A DNA stretch of 64,000 nt from an uncultured Spirochaetota bacterium (GTDB taxonomy: Bacteria > Spirochaetota > Spirochaetia > SZUA-6 > Fen-1364): NCBI GenBank assembly GCA_963845535.1, contig CAWJSK010000017.1:50990-114989 (forward strand). Reading direction: 5' to 3'. How positions within the stretch are numbered: position 1 is the first letter of the stretch; each line of letters starts with the position of its first letter. Below, piece by piece: positions 51,301 through 59,741 of the stretch. The notes under the pieces were generated by a model. It saw only the letters and a program-made list of their open reading frames with translations, was not told where the DNA came from and made no database searches. Both the position numbers and the translations under genes were made by a program.

Positions 51301-52264
51301 AAGCAGGGTGGCCACACAGCTAAACGTCCAGGGGCACCAGGACGTGGGCTACGAGAACGTGAACACCTACTACTACCACAGCGACCATCTGGGCAGTAGC
51401 CAGGTGGTGAGCGACTACGCAGGGAAGGAGTACGAGCGGAACGAGTACACCCCCTACGGGGAGCTGTGGGTGGAGAAGGAAAGTGATACGCGGGGGCTTT
51501 TGGCCTTCAAGTTCACGGGGAAGGAGTTGGACAGCGAGACGGGGCTGTACTACTACGGGGCACGATACCTCAACCCGAGGACCAGCAGATGGGCCAGTCC
51601 CGATCCAGTGATGGAGGAGTATCTGCCAAAGGCGCCCGTCAACGACCAAGCGAGGCAAGGTAGTAGGAATCTTCCAGGCTTTGGTGGAGTTTTCAATCCA
51701 ATCAACCTGGCGATGTACCAGTACGCTGCGAACAACCCAGTGAAATATAAAGACCCAACTGGCTTGAGGACAGGGCCGGACGACTTCGATACTGTCTACT
51801 ATCCGCCGCCCCAACGTCAGACCGAAATTACATCGGTAACAACCAATTCGAGCTTTTATAAGAACTCTACCGAGTACAATGTTTCGCAGGTAGCGTCGGG
51901 AGTTCGTTACAACGAGACCATGCAGAAGGTACAAGTTCATACCAACACTACGACTTTTACGTCTGAAACAACTTTGGATCCTAAGAATCAACGTTACGCG
52001 CAAGGACAGTCGAACGGGCCCTCCTTAAGTGTTGAAGTAACTTTCACTGTGTCGACCAAGACATCGGAAGGTCTTTGTAAAGTGCACATCGCGACTCAAG
52101 AAAGCGACACCGCCGGCGGGGTTGGTGTTGGTTTCGAATATCCCATTCCGAAAGGCGAAACCTATTCCGGGGTCAAGGTTCAAATTGACTTCACAGTCCA
52201 GGAGACCGGTAAGAGCTATGAACAGGACCTGTTTATTAATGAGGGTTTCAAATTGGGGCCATAA
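42304..52264 (+). CDS. Giant SpvB/TcB-FG-GAP-RHS polymorphic toxin (about 3319 aa after correcting a +1 frameshift near 42400)
   Basis: Sec-like leader from ATG 42304; ZU5-like domain (LEVPAGAV...FEPHGTQFEKPV); SpvB motif (IPLRLPPGRGGASPQLALRYSS); six D-x-[ND]-G-D-[GR]-x-x-D motifs; YDRNERLFYGF; YD repeats; core YYHSDHLGS...FTGKELDSETGLYYYGARY...NPVKYKDPTG; 165-aa C-terminal domain. Confidence 0.93.
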
Positions 52265-52840
52265 AATAAGCAGGAGGCAGATTATGAGAGAACTTCTTTC
52301 TTTTGCAACCTTTGTGGGGATGCTTTTATCACTGGGACTATGTACTTCGGACGCGAGGCCGGTTGTGATTAATGAGATGCAAGTATTTCCGATCGGCTGG
52401 ACATCAGAAGGGCAGATTTCGAGAGCGATAAGCAACGTCAAGTTTGATCCGATTGCGAGCTACCGGGTTGACGGCAACGAAGTCTTATTCTTTGCCCCAT
52501 TCTCCGGTCGGTTGCAGGAGGATGAGGATCGTTTCGTCCTCGAAGGCAACGCGGTTCGAGTAGTTTATCCTAAGAAGGAAAACGCCACCGTAATTCGAAT
52601 CGGTGACGTGACTAAGGGCGAGCCTACGGTTAGGTATCTCAAGGCTGAAGCACAAACATTTATCTTCTTCTTGCGTAATCTCGATTCTCCTTCTCCAAAT
52701 ATCGGATTCGAAAATGGGGCGCTCGACGTGACGACAAGCAGATCAATAAAGGTCTTTTCTTTGACATCCGGTACTTTGTTGATAACACCTAAGCTATTCG
52801 ATGAAGACACCAATTTCAGACCTCGTTTATCTGGGGTGAT

Positions 52841-55057
52841 TTAGTGTTGCGCCCCGACGCGAAACTTGATCTTTTGGAACGAGAGACCGAGGTCGAATGG
52901 GTCCATCTTATTCAGAAACTCACACAGGGCTTCAAGTGCCTTTCCTCCATTCTGCGAATGTTGTGGTGGAAACTCCACTTCCATCGTATCATCCCGGCGG
53001 CACGCGTACGTCCGTGTTTGAAGAATGGAAATGATAAACCTGTTCACGTCTCGCAAATCCTTGTAGTAAGGCTTTACCACATCCACCAATTGTCTCTTTG
53101 CCCAGATCGCGTTCATTTTTAGCCAATCGAAAAACAGCTTCTTTCCGTCGCATAACCGTTGAATGTGATCGTCCTTAATTCTGTCCATCATCAGGATAGT
53201 CTTTGGCAGTTTCTCGCGCGCGCTGAGCCGATTGTCGATCTTTCGCGCGATACCTGAGAGTTTTTTCCTGATCGCGGTTGCCTTCTCTTTCGTGCCTGCA
53301 GTTTCCTCCGCAGTCACCAGTTTCTGCTCCAGCTTTTTCTTCTGGTCGCGCAGCTGTTTCAGTTCCCGATTTAGTGTCCGTATTCTTGGATTGCCTATTT
53401 CGTGCGTGACCCCCTGGTGGCGATCCTCCAAACCGCGGCTATACAAATACTCTTCGCTATAACGCTCGCTCTGGTAGGAATGGATGTGGTCGATCCCGTG
53501 AGCCTTCAGGTCCTTGAACTGGTTCTCCTGGTTGCCCCAGCGTCCCACAAGCATCGCCACCAGGTCATTCAAAGGGCGATCGAAATCATTGCTCAGAGCA
53601 GGGGAAACCTTCTGCCCCAACTTGATCCAGAGTTCGCGGAAGGTTGCGCTGGTGCCTTCTGCCTCTATCGTTCGCCTTTGCTCCCATGCCTGCATCTGTG
53701 TCGGGAAAACTTCGTCAATCGTATTGCCGCGATGTTCCACAACTACATCAATCCACTCACCAGGGGGAATGTCGGGAATCCTTCGCGCATCCGAACGCCA
53801 GCAGACGAAAAGAATACTTTCGCATATGCTGATGCAGAACTCTTTCGAATATCCCCCACGATCGAACACTTCAAGAATCTCTTTCTTTCGCGCCCCATAC
53901 AGATCCCGTATCGTCGTATCCAGGTGTTCCACGTAGTACTGCATTTTGCGATATCCGTCAGACAGCGCGGCATAGATCGGCACGCCCTGCTGGTCATGAA
54001 TGTACACATACTCGCGCCCCCGCATCGCCAGACGTCTCTGGGTGTTGTAGCCGTACAACGTCGGGGTGTCTCCGTAATAGGGCATGAAATGTCCGTCAAT
54101 GTAGGCCACCCTCGTGGGACCGAAAACCCCAATTGCTGTGCGCGCCGCTTCCAGCCTCACCGCCTCCAGGTCCATTTTCTCAACCGCCGCGGGGATTCGT
54201 TCCCGATACACCGACAAGGAAGGAAGCCGTTTCCTGCCAATAAGCCCGCCAACCTGGTAACTGTCGGCAAGCTTGAAGTCCTGCTCCACATCCACAAGCT
54301 GTGCGGCATTCAACGCCGCGTAGCTGACAGCCAATTCTCCTATGCTGTAGCGCCGATTCTCGTACTCGGGCTCTTCAGGCAGCGCGGCCTTCAGCCCCAA
54401 GTGGCCCAAAAGCGGAATCACCGCCGCCGCACCGCCGTGCTCGACGCACACACGTTGCTCATTGGGCTGCAGTTCTCCCTGGCTGTCAGTTTCCTCGCTT
54501 CTCTTCTGTTCCTCCGCCTCGCGACGGCCCCGAGTCTCCTGGTCTTTTTGCATCTTGAGTACCGCTTCCTCTTTTTCCTCCTCCTGGTCTTTCTTCGTCC
54601 TGTCCTTGTAGGCTCGGATAATTTTCTGCAGCTTGCTGCGAGAAAGTGTGCTGCGGAACAGACCTTCCTCAGCTTTTTTCGCGATCGCCTCGAGGATCAT
54701 GTTCTGAAAGCCACGCTGTGCGTGCAGTCGAATATATTCTGTGATAACAAAGCTGCGCACCGCTTCTTCAATCGCCTCAGGACCTCGATGGTAGTCCTTC
54801 AGTCCAGGAGCTCCCGACTTGGTGTAGACGGCCAGTGTCTTGCGCACCGTGTGTCGGTTGACGTCGAACAGTTCGCAGATCGTCTGATAATGCACACCTT
54901 GATTGGCCAGAAGAGCGATCCCAAGTTTTCTCTCAAATGCATCATTCTCGTGGTAGGCGTAAAACGACAGCCCACCCCAGTAAATGCGCACGATCTCTTT
55001 GGCCTCTTTTACCGCCCACACCAACCCATTTGGTCCAAGCAGCCGTTGCACATTCAT
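52841..55057 (-). CDS. DDE transposase, 738 aa, with N-terminal HTH and a coiled-coil insertion
   Basis: YIDGHFMPYYG, VFDRGGYS, RWGNQENQFK; fills the element between the TIRs. Confidence 0.85.
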   Translation of the reverse strand: MNVQRLLGPNGLVWAVKEAKEIVRIYWGGLSFYAYHENDAFERKLGIALLANQGVHYQTICELFDVNRHTVRKTLAVYTKSGAPGLKDYHRGPEAIEEAVRSFVITEYIRLHAQRGFQNMILEAIAKKAEEGLFRSTLSRSKLQKIIRAYKDRTKKDQEEEKEEAVLKMQKDQETRGRREAEEQKRSEETDSQGELQPNEQRVCVEHGGAAAVIPLLGHLGLKAALPEEPEYENRRYSIGELAVSYAALNAAQLVDVEQDFKLADSYQVGGLIGRKRLPSLSVYRERIPAAVEKMDLEAVRLEAARTAIGVFGPTRVAYIDGHFMPYYGDTPTLYGYNTQRRLAMRGREYVYIHDQQGVPIYAALSDGYRKMQYYVEHLDTTIRDLYGARKKEILEVFDRGGYSKEFCISICESILFVCWRSDARRIPDIPPGEWIDVVVEHRGNTIDEVFPTQMQAWEQRRTIEAEGTSATFRELWIKLGQKVSPALSNDFDRPLNDLVAMLVGRWGNQENQFKDLKAHGIDHIHSYQSERYSEEYLYSRGLEDRHQGVTHEIGNPRIRTLNRELKQLRDQKKKLEQKLVTAEETAGTKEKATAIRKKLSGIARKIDNRLSAREKLPKTILMMDRIKDDHIQRLCDGKKLFFDWLKMNAIWAKRQLVDVVKPYYKDLRDVNRFIISILQTRTYACRRDDTMEVEFPPQHSQNGGKALEALCEFLNKMDPFDLGLSFQKIKFRVGAQH

Positions 55058-55063
55058 GCGGCG

Positions 55064-55092
55064 ATTCTATATGAGACAAGCTAAAATAGCAA
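55064..55092 (-). promoter_or_regulatory. Transposase promoter, probably giving a leaderless mRNA
   Basis: TTGCTA-17 nt-TAGAAT, then 6 nt to ATG 55057; no SD. Confidence 0.6.
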
Positions 55093-55727
55093 TGATATCG
55101 TATATTATTTATACACTATTAGTCAAATTAAACGAGATCTGAATTTCATTCTTTCCATTATGGGCGACCTTTTCCAGGTTACTTATATGGGCATAACAAA
55201 CGTATTTGTTGAGAATAGCTCTACGGTTTCGGCCGGAACTGAAATCGGAAGAAGCGGATCAGCAGACAGTGCATTTTGGGTGAATGTCAAGCTTTATAGC
55301 CCAAACGCGGAAATACTAACGCCGGACGTCATCTACTTTGAGAGCAAATTGTGACAAAAAGACGTGACGGCACTCACAGTCCAAATCTCAGAGATGCAGA
55401 GGATCGAGCACAAGTAAGGGTGATCAGAACCCCGTGCAGGAAACGGCTTCGGGCTTGAGTTCTCCTAGCCTGGATTTCCACGGACAACCGTTCACCTAAG
55501 CTGGAAGCTCGTTCAGCGGCTCCTCTCGTTGAGTGAACCCCGACGACACAGGCAGTTTTCTGGGGTGTCGTCAAGGATACCACGATCAGTTGCCGCATTT
55601 GATTAACTATTTGGTGCTTGGATATTGAGATTCTTACAGTGTTACCAGGGAACTCTTGGGACTTGGCGTGTTGTTTTCTCCCAGAAAACGGCCTGTTTGC
55701 GCGGTAATGTGGCAGTGATTCTTTCGG

Positions 55728-55756
55728 TTGACATTTCGGGTGGAGTGTGATAGCGT
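55728..55756 (+). promoter_or_regulatory. Transposase promoter, probably giving a leaderless mRNA
   Basis: TTGACA-17 nt-TAGCGT with extended -10 TG, then 6 nt to GTG 55763; no SD. Confidence 0.6.
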
Positions 55757-55762
55757 AACTCT

Positions 55763-57529
55763 GTGGGAGTGGGAACACCAAAAGACATAAGTGAGGTTCG
55801 CCATTTCTTTCTCCAACCGAAGTCCCCCAAACAGCGCCAGTACGAGGCCCTGCGAGCATTCTTCATCGAGAGACAGCGCTCCAAAGACGTCGCGCGGCGC
55901 TTCGGCTATTCCGTCTCCGCCTTCCACGTACTCTGCCATCACTTCCGTCGCGATGCGGATCCGCTGTTTTTCCTCTCCCCGAAGCATGGGCCGCACTCTC
56001 AGCCCAAGAAGTCCGTCGCGCGTGAGCTGATTATCAGCCTCAGGAAGAGAAACTACTCAGTGTACGAAATCAGTCGGCACTTGAAGGAATCCGGGCGCCC
56101 CTTGAGTCCTACAGCGGTGGGGGAAGTCTTGAAGGTGGAGGGCTTTGCCCCCCTGCCCCGGCGCCTGGACGAAGAGCGTGCTGACTACCCCAGGCCGACG
56201 ACAGAGGCGGTCGCGGATGCACGACAGTTCTCGTTGTCTTCGCGCCGTTTCCACACAATCTGCGGCGGGCTGTTTCTTTTCCTGCCCGATCTGGTACGGC
56301 TGGATGTCGAGAGTCTGGCCGCGAAGGCTGGCCTGCCGGGCTCAAAGATGATTCCGGCCGTACATGCGTTAAGGGCCTGTCTGGCGCTGAAGCTGTGGTC
56401 GATCGAACGCAAGAGCCATGTCATGGCGCTCGTGGCAGACGAGGGGCTTGCACTGTTTGCGGGCTTGAACGCCTTCCCCAAGAAGAGCTTTCTTTCCGAA
56501 TACTGCTCACGGATCGAGCATACGAAGACCATGCGGCTGCTGTCGGTCTGGCATCGCCTGGTGATGGGCGACGGCCTCTTCGCCGGCCAGTCGTTCAACC
56601 TGGACTTTCATTCGGTGCCCTACTATGGAGAGCATCCGGTGATCGAAAAGCACTACCTCACGATGCGCAGCCAGCGAAAACCGAGCATTCTGGTCTTCCT
56701 CGCTCAGGATGCTGACAGCCGCAGCTTCTGCTATTCCAACGCGGACTTGCGCAAGGGAGAGGAGGCCGAAGAGGTTTTTCGCTTCGTTTCCTTCTGGAAG
56801 CAGAGCCACAAAGAACTGCCGCGGCAGCTTGTCTTCGATTCGAAGCTCACAACGCATGCCGGCCTGGCTCGCCTGGAGGGCATGGGCGTCTGTTTCATCA
56901 CGCTCAGGCGCCGCTCGCCGCAACTGCTCGAGCAGGTCGCGTCGCTACCCCGCTCGGCCTGGCGCACAGTGGAGCTGGATGTGCCGACTCGAAAGTATCG
57001 TAGCCCCCGGTATGTGGAGCAGGCGATAACGCTGGCAGGTTGCAAGCTGCGGCAGTTGTTCATTCTGGATCTCGGACATGAGGAGCCGACGATCCTGTTG
57101 ACCAACCAGTACCGCACGTCGGTGAAATCGCTGATCACTCGCTACGCACAGCGCATGCTGATCGAGAACGCGCTCTCCGACGCGATTCGATTCTTCCACA
57201 TGGACGCGCTGTCTTCGGCGGTCGGGCTGAAGGTGGACCTGGACATGGCGCTTCTCGTCATCGCAAGCGGACTGTACCGCCTGCTATCCCTACGGATGCG
57301 TGGATATGAGGATTCGCAGGCACGACAGATCTTCCGCGACCTGATTGCCATGCCCGCGGAAGTCGACGTGACCGACTCTGAGGTGCAGGTGAGCTTCCTC
57401 AGGCGCGCGCACCTGCCCATCATCCTTGCTTCGGGGATGATGGACCAGCCCGTTGCCGTTCCCTGGTGGGGAGGCAAGAAGCTACGCCTGACTACCTACA
57501 ACGGGCCCTCGGACACTGTCAAAGCTTAG
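55763..57529 (+). CDS. DDE transposase
   Basis: N-terminal HTH-like segments; LDFHSVPYYG, VFDSKLT, YAQRMLIEN. Confidence 0.85.
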   Translation: MGVGTPKDISEVRHFFLQPKSPKQRQYEALRAFFIERQRSKDVARRFGYSVSAFHVLCHHFRRDADPLFFLSPKHGPHSQPKKSVARELIISLRKRNYSVYEISRHLKESGRPLSPTAVGEVLKVEGFAPLPRRLDEERADYPRPTTEAVADARQFSLSSRRFHTICGGLFLFLPDLVRLDVESLAAKAGLPGSKMIPAVHALRACLALKLWSIERKSHVMALVADEGLALFAGLNAFPKKSFLSEYCSRIEHTKTMRLLSVWHRLVMGDGLFAGQSFNLDFHSVPYYGEHPVIEKHYLTMRSQRKPSILVFLAQDADSRSFCYSNADLRKGEEAEEVFRFVSFWKQSHKELPRQLVFDSKLTTHAGLARLEGMGVCFITLRRRSPQLLEQVASLPRSAWRTVELDVPTRKYRSPRYVEQAITLAGCKLRQLFILDLGHEEPTILLTNQYRTSVKSLITRYAQRMLIENALSDAIRFFHMDALSSAVGLKVDLDMALLVIASGLYRLLSLRMRGYEDSQARQIFRDLIAMPAEVDVTDSEVQVSFLRRAHLPIILASGMMDQPVAVPWWGGKKLRLTTYNGPSDTVKA

Positions 57530-57679
57530 GCGAAATAGTGACGTGGAAATCCAGGCTAGGGGGCGCCCCTGACGGGGCTCCTGGGAGGACCGCGCGTCTT
57601 CCGATCATTCATGAATTATCGAAAGTCGCGCTGAACTCAAGCCCTCCGCTCGACCGGCGGGGCAAGGGATGGTGTGAGA

Positions 57680-57962
57680 CGGCTCGGGCATCCTTGCCCT
57701 CATTCGAGCCTCTTCTCTCCGTGATTCCGAAAACAGTGTCGCTAACGGGTATCCATTGGGCTATCGTCGGGGGAGAGAGTCTGGATGACCAGGTGCGAGA
57801 CCGATGGATCCAAAATTGGTTACAAGCCTTCGAACGATCTGCCGAAGGCACGGGACGGCTTCCTTCTTCAAGCAATGGAACGGCTCCAATGAGAGGGCGA
57901 ATGAAAGAATTCTCGTCGGCAGAACCTGGGATGAAATGCTTGCAGCAATTGAACCTCATTAG
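57680..57962 (+). pseudogene. Frameshifted C-terminal remnant of a DUF5131 (phage Gp37/Gp68) protein
   Basis: SFEPLL...LTGIHWAIVGGES, then in another frame PGARPMDP...FFKQW...GRTWDEM; these are family hallmark motifs. Confidence 0.75.
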
Positions 57963-58047
57963 GCCCCGGAAGCCCTGCAAGATAACTGGCAGGGGCACAA
58001 GCTGGGTCGCTACCCGTGTTCGGCTCCTATTGATCCGCCAGACGCGC

Positions 58048-59110
58048 TTAGTCTTCGATATCCCAGAAGAAATCCTTGTTGGTGAGCTCCTTCTCTTCGT
58101 CCGGCTTTCGCCGGTCGAATGATCCCAGGCGGCAGGTTCTCTGTATGAGAGTATGAATATTCCACCTGCGCTTCGAGATCCCGAGTCTCTTCCTCCCAGT
58201 ACTCGGGCGTTCCGAAATGAGGAAACACCGTAGGAAACACTCGATCCTCCCACCTCTCAGCGATCCATGCGGCATAGCGGATGTAGCGCAGCGCGCGCAA
58301 AGGCTCTATAAGGCGGAGCCAGGAATCCTCGAACTCCCTGAACTGCCGGTAGCCCTCCAGGAAGATCGCTCTTTGCCTCAATCCCTCAGCGTCGCGCGCG
58401 GGCACGAGCATCCATACGTCCTGGACCGCGGGGCCCGTCAGGAAATCGTCGAAATCAAGGAAGAACCATCCCTCGCTCCCTTGCAGGATATTCCCGAGGT
58501 GGCAGTCCCCATGGATTCGGTGGACGGGAACGTCCTTTCTCAGCGTCTCGTAGAGCTCGACAATGGCGTTGACGGCGGTCCGATACCTCTCGGCAAGATG
58601 AGGGCGGAGAAAGCCGCGGCCTTCCAGGAGGGCCAACGGGTCCAGCCCGTAGGATTTGCCGGTCAGCGCAGGCCTATGAAGCGCTTCTCTTCCAGCCCCC
58701 TTGTTGTGGATTCTCGCAAGGAGCCTTCCCATCATCCCTAGCACTTCGTCAGAAAGCTCATCCGGCGCTCTCCCGCCCGTCCGCGGCCAGACCGCGTAGT
58801 ACATCCCCTCTATTTCGCGGATTGACTCGCCCCCGGCGAGGATCAACGGCGCGCACACGGGGATTTCCTCACTGCGAAGCTCGAACAGGAGCTCATGCTC
58901 TTCACGGATCTGGTCCCTGGTCCATCTGCCTGGCCGGTAGAACTTCGCCACGACGTGGGAGCCGTCCTCCTGGGCAAGCTCGTAGACCCTGTTCTCGTAA
59001 CTGTTGAGCGCCATACAGTAGCCTGTGGGTCTCAGGCCGCCTTGTTCGGCTGCTTCCATGATCAGGTCGGGGCTCAGGTTGTAGAAGCTGGTATTTGCTG
59101 TGCTGTGCAT
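58048..59110 (-). CDS. srkA: Ser/Thr kinase SrkA/RdoA (YihE), +1 frameshift near the 3' end
   Basis: ALNSYENRVY, VAKFYRPGRW, IHGDCHLGN, LDFDD, GPAVQDVW. Removing one base of the run at 58106-58108 joins KPDEEKELTNKDFFWDIED*. Confidence 0.9.
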
Positions 59111-59196
59111 CGCTTCAACGAAGATAGTACCAATCAGGGACCTGATGGAAGCGGCGGCCCAAACGCATTCTCGGCGCAAAACGGCGAAGCGGCCCG

Positions 59197-59261
59197 CGCG
59201 GCCCGCCCCGTGCGTTGGCACCCGCCCCACGCGGCCCGGCCCGTGCGTCGACACGCGCCCC
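59197..59261. repeat. Two tandem 32-bp GC-rich direct repeats
   Basis: CGCGGCCCGCCCCGTGCGTTGGCACCCGCCCC versus CGCGGCCCGGCCCGTGCGTCGACACGCGCCCC (28/32 identical). Confidence 0.7.
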
Positions 59262-59324
59262 CCGCGTTGTTTGACTCTTTGGCGCGCGGGAGATTACGTT
59301 TTCGTGGTGTAAGGAGGAACCACC

Positions 59325-59738
59325 GTGGCTCAATTGAACGCCTACCTTCATTTTCAGGATAACTGCCGCCAGGCCATGACATTCTACAAGGATTGCCTGG
59401 GAGGGGAGCTCACGCTTATGACCGTTGGAGAATCCCCAATGGCGTCACAGGTCCCGCCGGAGGCCAAGAACCACATCATGCATTCGGCGCTGAAGAATGG
59501 AAACATGGTCCTCATGGCTTCCGACAACATGGGAACGGGGAGCATCACAAAGGGAAACCAGTTCTCAATGACGATCGAATGCAGCAACAAGAAAGAAGCT
59601 GATTCCTATTACGCCAAGCTCTCCGCTGGCGGGAAGGCCACCCACCCCATGAAGGACGAGTTCTTCGGGTATTATGGGGATCTGACGGACAAGTTCGGCG
59701 TCAACTGGATGATCAGCCATATGAACCCGCAACCGTAG
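59325..59738 (+). CDS. VOC family PhnB-like protein
   Basis: AGGAGG RBS; YLHFQDNCRQAMTFYKDCLGG, IMHSAL, LMASD, YGDLTDKFGVNWM. Confidence 0.93.
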   Translation: MAQLNAYLHFQDNCRQAMTFYKDCLGGELTLMTVGESPMASQVPPEAKNHIMHSALKNGNMVLMASDNMGTGSITKGNQFSMTIECSNKKEADSYYAKLSAGGKATHPMKDEFFGYYGDLTDKFGVNWMISHMNPQP

Positions 59739-59741
59739 AGG

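Larger units (their letters stand above)
52817..55141 (-). mobile_element. IS with large DDE transposase, 2325 bp (family unassigned)
   Basis: TIRs CAGACCTCGTTTA and CAGATCTCGTTTA; 5-bp target duplication AATTT at 52812-52816 and 55142-55146. Confidence 0.9.
52284..55354 (+). pseudogene. Putative immunity protein (degenerate M23/LytM-like, exported) interrupted by IS; reconstructs to 246 aa
   Basis: AGGAGG RBS directly after the toxin stop. Joining 52284-52816 to 55147-55354 restores frame: DEDTNFILSIMGDLFQVTYMGI...VSAGTEIGRSG. Confidence 0.8.
55464..57560 (+). mobile_element. IS with 588-aa DDE transposase (possibly IS1380/IS4-superfamily related)
   Basis: Perfect 19-bp inverted repeat CCTAGCCTGGATTTCCACG at 55464 and 57542-57560. 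Alternatively a 14-bp TIR plus a duplicated CTAG target. Confidence 0.9.
25430..57962. other. Island-like T2SS-RHS toxin locus
   Basis: Bounded by gene remnants (GT39-like left, DUF5131 right); visibly more AT-rich segments; three IS copies; no integrase or tRNA seen. Confidence 0.6.

Noticed and set aside
42304..52264. T6SS effector or classical tripartite Tc insecticidal complex
   Set aside because: No PAAR/VgrG/EagR or TcA in the window, and the protein has a Sec-like leader. A TcA elsewhere in the genome cannot be excluded.
53402..55084. 560-aa plus-strand ORF inside the IS
   Set aside because: Antisense shadow of the transposase; no recognisable domain.
55355..55463. Orphan RHS C-terminal/immunity cassettes downstream
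   Set aside because: No second RHS core fragment or DPxG motif was found after the immunity gene.
52817..57560. Composite transposon formed by the two adjacent IS
   Set aside because: They have different terminal repeats and transposases, and each has its own ends and target signature.
57466..58253. 218-aa plus-strand and 214-aa minus-strand ORFs
   Set aside because: Chimeric frames crossing the IS end, the DUF5131 remnant and the srkA 3' end.
58010..59254. ORF-track boundaries for srkA (414 aa)
   Set aside because: The N-terminal extension translates the GC-rich repeats and the C-terminus is out of frame; 59110-58048 fits better.
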